This document shows positions 57,228-64,000 of a DNA stretch of 64,000 nt, piece by piece. The notes under the pieces are model-generated. The model did not search any database. It saw only the letters and a list, made by a program, of their open reading frames with translations, and was not told the origin of the DNA. Each line of letters opens with the position of its first letter. The stretch's first letter is position 1. Location of the stretch: assembly GCA_002811645.1 (NCBI GenBank), contig PDIP01000010.1, positions 1-64,000 of the forward strand, written 5' to 3'. The position numbers and the translations under genes were made by a program. This DNA is from Corallochytrium limacisporum Hawaii (taxonomy: Eukaryota > Protista > Pluriformea).

Positions 57228-57622
57228 CTATGCCATTTGTTGTGTAAAAGATCTCTCTTGGAGCAAGCATCTGCCCTGGTCTCCCAAATAGTTGTATACA
57301 AAATACAAACCTGGTCATTTATGTATCAGTCCCTGAACTCTTCAATTAGCTGGAATGTACAACACTGGTCGCGTCCCACTTCCCTTGGGCTCGAGTCATT
57401 GATATTTCCTTACCCTGGCGATGGGGGGCGAGTTGAGTCTCAAAGCTCCAGCCAGTACAACTTTTGCCTCCACCTTGGCGCCAAATCTCTGGACAGCTTC
57501 GAGAGGAGAGGGGAGGAAACACTGGTTCCCCACCTAGACTACTGCGGATAGTAGGGCGCGAAATGTGAAAAAAACTCGGCCGAGGACGAATGCGGGAGGG
57601 AGCGACAGAGACCGAGACTCAC
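57228..57622 (-). other. Three predicted 81-83-nt 5'UTR introns of SMC3 (57542-57622, 57333-57413, 57228-57310)
   Basis: GTGAGT...ccgCAG; GG|GTAAGG...GCTAAT...ttCAG|G; CAG|GTTTGT...caTAG. Confidence 0.55.
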
Positions 57623-57644
57623 CGGCCGATTTCGCGCGCGGAAA
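57475..57644. promoter_or_regulatory. Cluster of E2F-type sites upstream of SMC3
   Basis: TTGGCGCCAAA (57475-57485), GGCGCGAAA (57555-57563) and TTTCGCGCGCGGAAA (57630-57644). Confidence 0.6.
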
Positions 57645-57911
57645 GTCCCTTGCGTAGAAGGGGGGGGGTAAGATCGGGGAGGAGGTCGTGCGGAGAAAGA
57701 ATCAATAGGGCTCATCGGCGATAATTGGTGGAGGAGGTGTGTGAGTGGTTACACACTGTGATTGGGGCCGCTGACTTCAACAGTGACCAGGTTCGCATCC
57801 TTCACTCGAAGGCTTGGCTAATATGCAGTTTCAATAATTGACAATATATGTAGGTGTTCCATGTTCGAACTTCTTTACTATAGTTTGTATTGGAATGCAT
57901 GTGAACGACCC

Positions 57912-58802
57912 TTAGTGGGTCTTCTCCTTGGGGATGGTCAGGCGGTCCATGATGAAATTGCGGACGTAACGAGGAGAATGGCCCATAACCAGGTAGGCAA
58001 TAAGCTCTCCCCAGGAAGGCAGAACCATAAATTCACCAGTTTCGCTGGCGACGAAGCCAGCGCGGACAGCGTTGATGGATTCCATCACGAAACCAGGCAT
58101 CCTAAACAATAGGGTGTCGCTGTGGCCAGAGCGGCTTCCGAACTCAGTGTGCATAGCACCCGGGCAAAGACAGGTGACCTTGACTCCCTTTGGGGCCAGC
58201 TCGTATGCAACAGCCTCAGACAGGGACACAACATAGGCCTTGCTGGCAAAGTATACAGCCTGGTTTGGGGCGGGGATGAGACCACCGAGAGAGGCAACGT
58301 TCAGGACACGGCCCTCACCACGGGAAACCATATCGGGAATGAACTCATGCATCATCTCGGTCAGGGCAGTAGCGTTCAGGTTGATCATCTCAGCGGACTC
58401 CTTATCGCCCATGGAAAGGAACCTTACGTTGGCACCATAGCCCGCGTTGTTGACAAGCTTGTGGACAGTCAGGTTCTTCTCGTCAACCTTTTTCTTCAAT
58501 TGAGCGGCAGCTCCAGGGGCAGAAAGGTCACAGGCAATAACGTGGGCCTTAATGTTCCAGCGTTCCTCGAGGTCAGCAGCAATTTCTTTCAGTTTGGACT
58601 CGGTGCGTGCCACGAGGATCACATCGTGACCAGTCTTGGCATAGAGATCAGCAAACTGCTTACCCATCCCGGAGCTGGAGCCAGTGATCAAGGCAGTAGT
58701 GCCCGGAGCAACCTTCTTGCGCAGAGTAGCGGAGTACTCCTGGGCCCGGAAGGCAGAGACTATGCCGAACAGGAAGAGAGCGAGTAAAATATACATGTAC
58801 AT
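57912..58802 (-). CDS. Classical short-chain dehydrogenase/reductase with N-terminal hydrophobic anchor
   Basis: 'ALITGSSSGMG', 'VNNAGYG', 'NVASLGG', catalytic 'YFASK' and 'CPGAMHTEF'. Confidence 0.93.
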   Translation of the reverse strand: MYMYILLALFLFGIVSAFRAQEYSATLRKKVAPGTTALITGSSSGMGKQFADLYAKTGHDVILVARTESKLKEIAADLEERWNIKAHVIACDLSAPGAAAQLKKKVDEKNLTVHKLVNNAGYGANVRFLSMGDKESAEMINLNATALTEMMHEFIPDMVSRGEGRVLNVASLGGLIPAPNQAVYFASKAYVVSLSEAVAYELAPKGVKVTCLCPGAMHTEFGSRSGHSDTLLFRMPGFVMESINAVRAGFVASETGEFMVLPSWGELIAYLVMGHSPRYVRNFIMDRLTIPKEKTH

Positions 58803-59314
58803 GTTGAAAGGTCTATGCGTTTCGATGTGAATGAACAGTCACTAATTCTCCACACTAGGTGTTACATAGTGCAATGGACGCGTACAGTATTAAATACCCT
58901 CTGAATTATCAACGTCTCCACGTAAGCACAAGCAAATGGATACTTGTTTGTTTTCACAATAGCCAGTCTGACCACTAGGTGCCGATGAAGCCAGCTATCG
59001 GGCCAATGGACATACCCCCACCCACAATCGCCCACCAAAGACCCGCCCTCAGTTGCGAAGGTCCGGCCGGCTCAGTACGTTATGAACCAAAGCCAAAGAC
59101 CAACTAAGGCAAGTGGTTGTATCCCCCTATCGGAGATCCGCCTCCAACCCAAACTGTTGTGTAGTGATCCGCGAAGGACCGTTTCGTAAAGTCTTCTTTC
59201 CAATATGGAACATATGCAACACACAATTAAGAATTTCTAGGCGTGGTGGAAAACAACAGGTCAGATCGGGATATCTGGTCTTGAGCCACACATTTGTCAG
59301 CGAGAGATTGTGCA

Positions 59315-59327
59315 GTACTTTCAGTAC
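59315..59327 (+). promoter_or_regulatory. GTACWTTCAGTAC intergenic motif, copy 5
   Basis: gtactttcagtac. Confidence 0.55.
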
Positions 59328-60006
59328 TGCTACAAACACAGAACTGAACGCGTGTCAGTGAGAAGCATGATGTACCCACTGCGTGTTTGTGTACAACCTC
59401 CTGTGAAATCTAAAAAAAGCCTGGTACCACAAAACATGCAACCGGCCAATAACTATTCAGCTATACTAGTGCCAGCTTGGTTGAAACCCTCCAGGAGGGT
59501 GTGTCTCGCACAGAGAGCTTGAATTTTTTACATCGACCCGTTGGAACCCGACGGATCGTCGTGCGATGGTGACGAGGAGCTTTTTGCACAAAGGCAGGGC
59601 CTATTTAAATGATACCCTAACTCCGAATAATTGGCCGGAATTAAGATTACACCGGGGCGTTCTTGGAGTGATAGTGAATCTACCAGCCATTCCGAGTCCT
59701 TATCGCGAATGAACTGCGCCCGGACACTTCTTCTTCTTCTCCATCTTTTTTCCCCACTCCGAGCAGCTAGTCTCTTGCCCTAGGCAACAAGTAGCCCATT
59801 CAAATGCCACCCTACTGCTTCAGTATGCAAGTTGGCTGCGGAAAACGACAGCGGCACCGCGCTGATGCTGGCCGGGCCAGAGAAAATTTCGACCATACAT
59901 TGTCTGCTTGGTCAAAACGGGGGACTCGACCTCGAAGGACCCTGCCGCCAGGTCACTGGCCATATTGAGGCGGGTCACGGCACAATTTGAGTTCCAATGA
60001 CGCTTG

Positions 60007-60042
60007 GTATTTATTTCGAAAGCCTTGTCTGATATATTTTAG
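60007..60042 (+). other. Predicted 36-nt 5'UTR intron of the Cys-rich membrane protein gene
   Basis: G|GTATTT...TCTGATatatttTAG. Confidence 0.5.
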
Positions 60043-60164
60043 CCTACCAGATTAAAGACAATACGCAGATATTGTGATAGTCTTGTTCACATGTACCGGG
60101 TTGCGATGTATGTACGAGAATAGTTAAAATCCTCTGCCGTGTAAGTGGCTTTTGGAGAACAGCA

Positions 60165-62255
60165 ATGCTAAGTTGCATTTGTGCCGGACTCCTGGCTGCA
60201 TTTGCAGTTGGAGTTAATGGTGTAACACAACTGATATCTAATGAGGCCGAAAATGGGGAGATAGCGTTTCCCGCACAAGTGGACTCGTATGTATTTTCGA
60301 CAGACTTCAACGGAGCATCGGTGAACCAGTACCCTTTCCTACAAATCCTTGTGAGATGGGAGTTCCTTGATACAATTGGGGATTTTAATGTTACAGTTAC
60401 GGGGCCAGGTGATGTTTCTGGGGACAATGTAACCTTTCCGCTGTCGTCCACTGGAGAACCGAATGCGCTTTTTGGCCAGATCCACCCGATCTATCCAGCT
60501 TCTGTGGGCCAGTATCTCGTCGATATTGGATCCAATGTGGGTAATACAACTTACATGCTGGTTGCAAACATGATCTGTCCACTAGATTTTACGTTAAACC
60601 AATCGACGGGGACAACTTGTGTTCCATGTCCAGAGTTTGCGTCATCCTTCGGATATTCATTTTCTACTTCTGCGTGCCGTTGTAAGCCAAACTTCCTCCA
60701 GACTGTTGCGGACAACGGGGCCATTAAATGTTCTGTTTGCCCGACTGGAGCTGTGTGTGATGATTATGGAACTACAGACCCTGTTGCACAACCTGGATAT
60801 GTGACTTTCGGTGGGCAGATTATTCAATGTCCAAGATCGGACAGCTGCCTTGGTGGACCAGACAATGCGTGTGCCGACTCATACGAAGGTTTGATTTGTG
60901 GCTCATGCTCAGATGACCATTTCATGATATCCCAAGAATGCAAAGACTGTACCAACTCTAGGGCTGTACTCTGGATTAGTATCGCAATTCTGATTGCCAT
61001 TTGGTGCATATCATTTATGTGGGCAAAGATTTGCGGACGATTCGGCGAAATCCCACTTGTCATTCGATACCTCCAACTGGTCTCACTGTTTGCCTTTATT
61101 GACATCGGCTGGCCCGTTGTTATTGATGATACCTTCTCGACTCTCAGCTTGTTTAGACTTAACATTGAGATCAGCCAGTTGGAATGTCTCCTGGAGGGAG
61201 ATACATTCTACTATGTTGCCTTTGCGATAGTTCTTCTCCTCCCAATTATTTGGGGCGCATTCTACCTACTCCTGTTATGGGCCATCTGGATCTTAAGATC
61301 ATTCGCTCGGCATACCGGATGGTCGGCACTGAGAGGAGCCGCAAATGCAGAAATGATGCCTTGGGTTCGCTCATCAGCAAATGCCGGAATTATTCTATAT
61401 GAGGTGCTTTTCGTGCCCTTGTGTGTGATGCTCTTCCAGACAGTCCGCTGTGAGACCATCACAGATCTTAACAGGGAATTTTTGGTAGTATTCCCGGCCA
61501 TAGATTGCAGAACAACTGGCTATAAGGTCATTGAAGCCCTCGCTTACGTGTTCATGGTTGTGTATTTGCTAACGCCAATGGTCGTTTACACATACTATGT
61601 ATATCGATATCGCAGGCTGCTGAAGGATGACAAGAAGCTCTACTCAATTGCTGGATCATTGTATGGGCGATACATGATCAAGTTTGTGTACTGGCCTGTT
61701 GTGGAGTGTATCACGGTCATCATCTTTGTCAATCTGGCTCTGCATCTTCAAGATGAGCCATCTTCGCAGCTCATCAGCGCAGTGGCCGTTTTGATTGCTT
61801 ATTTGGTGGGTGTTCTTATATTTGATCCCTACTTGCATGTCCCAGTGAAGATCACTGCCATTGCATCGGTATCGGCGCTGATTCTTCTCATCATCTACGG
61901 TAATGTGACCGCCACATCGAATACTCGACCCGGGTTCGAGACAATCAGTTTGATCCTCATTGTCTCCGCTCCTGTAGTCGGTGGTGCTTGTGTTGTGTAT
62001 GAGATCTGGAAAGAGTACACAAATGACACCCTTGGTATGTCCTCATTTGACAAGTACCGCATCGGTCTTGGTTTCAAGAAGGCGCACTTCCGAGACGACA
62101 ATCAAGAAGTCTTGCAGTCGCGTAGACGGGAGGAAGCAAACACACGTGCGGAAGAAGAGCGGGCCATGTATCTCTTTGAACAGAAACGCAAAGCTGAGAA
62201 GGATCGAACTCGCCACGATTTCCTTACAGGAACCCTTATACATGACAGTCATTAA
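60165..62255 (+). CDS. Signal-peptide, Cys-rich (GCC2/GCC3, ephrin-receptor-like) ectodomain, multi-pass membrane protein
   Basis: Signal peptide; 'CVPCPEFA...CRCKPNF', 'CSVCPTGAVC' and 'CADSYEGLICGSC...CKDC'; then about 9 hydrophobic segments and a charged cytosolic tail. Confidence 0.85.
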   Translation: MLSCICAGLLAAFAVGVNGVTQLISNEAENGEIAFPAQVDSYVFSTDFNGASVNQYPFLQILVRWEFLDTIGDFNVTVTGPGDVSGDNVTFPLSSTGEPNALFGQIHPIYPASVGQYLVDIGSNVGNTTYMLVANMICPLDFTLNQSTGTTCVPCPEFASSFGYSFSTSACRCKPNFLQTVADNGAIKCSVCPTGAVCDDYGTTDPVAQPGYVTFGGQIIQCPRSDSCLGGPDNACADSYEGLICGSCSDDHFMISQECKDCTNSRAVLWISIAILIAIWCISFMWAKICGRFGEIPLVIRYLQLVSLFAFIDIGWPVVIDDTFSTLSLFRLNIEISQLECLLEGDTFYYVAFAIVLLLPIIWGAFYLLLLWAIWILRSFARHTGWSALRGAANAEMMPWVRSSANAGIILYEVLFVPLCVMLFQTVRCETITDLNREFLVVFPAIDCRTTGYKVIEALAYVFMVVYLLTPMVVYTYYVYRYRRLLKDDKKLYSIAGSLYGRYMIKFVYWPVVECITVIIFVNLALHLQDEPSSQLISAVAVLIAYLVGVLIFDPYLHVPVKITAIASVSALILLIIYGNVTATSNTRPGFETISLILIVSAPVVGGACVVYEIWKEYTNDTLGMSSFDKYRIGLGFKKAHFRDDNQEVLQSRRREEANTRAEEERAMYLFEQKRKAEKDRTRHDFLTGTLIHDSH

Positions 62256-64000
62256 AGAAGTGAATAAATGTAATCGTTTTCATCCCGAGCAGGAACTTGA
62301 GGATGGGCGATCCCCTGTCAGAAATGTAGTAGGTTGAATTGACGGGCCCTCCCGATGCTTACACGCTCGGTCAAAAAGAGACTCCCGATCGTAAGTCTGA
62401 GCCGGTTTTCGGCTCGGTTCCATAGAAATGTGGAGGGGTCGTATCGCCGGAGGCAGAACAAATTCCACCCCACCCGCACCTCCCAATCTAGTACAGACCC
62501 ACAGAAATATCGATACATGCTCAATACTTAAGCAGAAGCAGCTCTCCCCGCCCATTCATCCGAAAAAAATATTGAGTCTAGGCCACCCCCGCACCTCTCC
62601 TCCTCCCCCCGCTCTGCTCGACCAGTGCTCGGTGGTTTCACTATTGCAGGCTGCACAGGCTCTTGCGTGTGAAGGAGGGGCCCAACGTGTGTGCAATGGT
62701 GTTCACCCTGGCCAGTTAACGTGGTCGCGTACTGAAACTTCTCAGGAGACGGGAGATGACCGATCAGTAAGCGGAGGAACAAACTGATAACTGTAAACAT
62801 ATCGATTGTCACAGTTGTCAGGTATGGTCTTGTTCAATTTGTTGTGGTGGGCGGTTAATCATCAATTCAGGCGCAAAATTAGTTGACTTCAAAGAAATAT
62901 TCTGCTGATGCTATTCCTTTTTGTCTCTAGTGCGCCTTGTTACTTTGACCTTTGAAGCTCCTGTCTCATTGATTCGCAGCGCTCAACAGTACCTCAACGA
63001 GGAGCAGCCGTTACCGGCCCGTCGAATGACACCCCACTGTGTCAGTACGGGAAGTGGGGCTCACCTGATTTCAATTTCCTCGCCCTAGCCCCACGGCATA
63101 TGTATTTTGCCCCTACTAAATCTACCAAAAATTGTCCTGGGGTCGACTGGAGGCAGCCCTCCCACTGGGCCCAGGGTAGGCTTGGCCCGAGAGTCGCGGT
63201 GTGCGGCAGCAGCGCCAGAAGCAGGTCGGACAGGAGAAAACTGCGCAGGCCAGGCTGGAGGTTGACTGTTCCGGACTGGGCCCTGGTGCATGTCACCGCA
63301 CCATTCGGCTGAACTGCAGGCGTAGGTACCTGCAGCAAAGGGTGGTGCGACCGTCCCGACCTCGGCTTTCCCGGTCACCCCCATGGCTATACTCAATCAC
63401 CGATATAAAATCTACCTGCCAGTGCTCGACGTTGGATCTGTGACAGGGAACCATAGTCGACCGCAGGGGGACCTCTTTTGGCAAAGTAAGATCTGCAATG
63501 GAATTGCATATGCAAAATTCTGGGAGCCCGCACGGAGCCGGCTGCGCATAGCTGTTTGGTCCTATGTGTCAATTAAGGTGGTAGGTGTTTGGTATTCAAT
63601 GGCCTGAGTCATTTAGTTAGATCATATGTCCTGTGGTGCTTATCTCCTAGATCCCTGATGACAGCAGGATCGAAGTTTGATACCTCCGACCACTAGACGC
63701 CCACCCGAAGTGGCGTCCCCGGAAGGAGGTATCGAGATTTCATCGGTAGTCTCTCATGTTGTTTAGGACTTGTTCTCGAATCATGAGTTACAGTCAACGG
63801 GATATTTATGGCCTCTAATTGGATATAACGTTGGGGCTATGGACCGAATGAAGGACATGTCACAACAACAGTGATGTGGTTCTCACATATGTCCAAAAGT
63901 GAAGAAAAATCGAAGATATTTCGTCCGCGGGTTTGCAATAAACGAAAGGGTGAACCACTAGGCTCATGAAAGACGTAGGCGGTGGGGGCTGCTTTGACGC

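Overview
A 64-kb, gene-dense eukaryotic scaffold segment with two N-gaps and about 21 protein-coding genes, whose CDSs are essentially intron-free (ORFs up to 7.9 kb). Genes in order: anoctamin/TMEM16, a UBA + LIM-like zinc-finger protein, an orphan low-complexity protein, bublin/UPF0184, a pericentrin-like PACT protein, ETFDH, alpha-tubulin, MDM34, ELP2, a GPAT/GNPAT-type acyltransferase, a cold-shock-domain/FkbH fusion, an ABHD4/5-type hydrolase, EF-1beta, ZCCHC9, MDH2, a TIGR04282/DUF2064 glycosyltransferase, an orphan, a NudC-type NADH pyrophosphatase, SMC3, an SDR, and a Cys-rich multi-TM receptor-like protein. An animal-like tubulin together with ERMES MDM34 suggests a unicellular holozoan with extreme CDS intron loss (inference). 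Main signals: (1) short GT-AG intron-like sequences with branch points just upstream of most start codons, sometimes in tandem around micro-exons; (2) a bacterial-type FkbH glyceryl-transferase fused to a cold-shock-like domain, flanked by two glycerolipid acyltransferase-family genes; (3) a 13-bp intergenic motif GTACWTTCAGTAC present five times exactly; (4) alpha-tubulin with Gln at the acetylation site K40; (5) E2F-type site clusters upstream of SMC3, the PACT gene and tubulin. All calls come from reading the sequence by eye; no searches were run.
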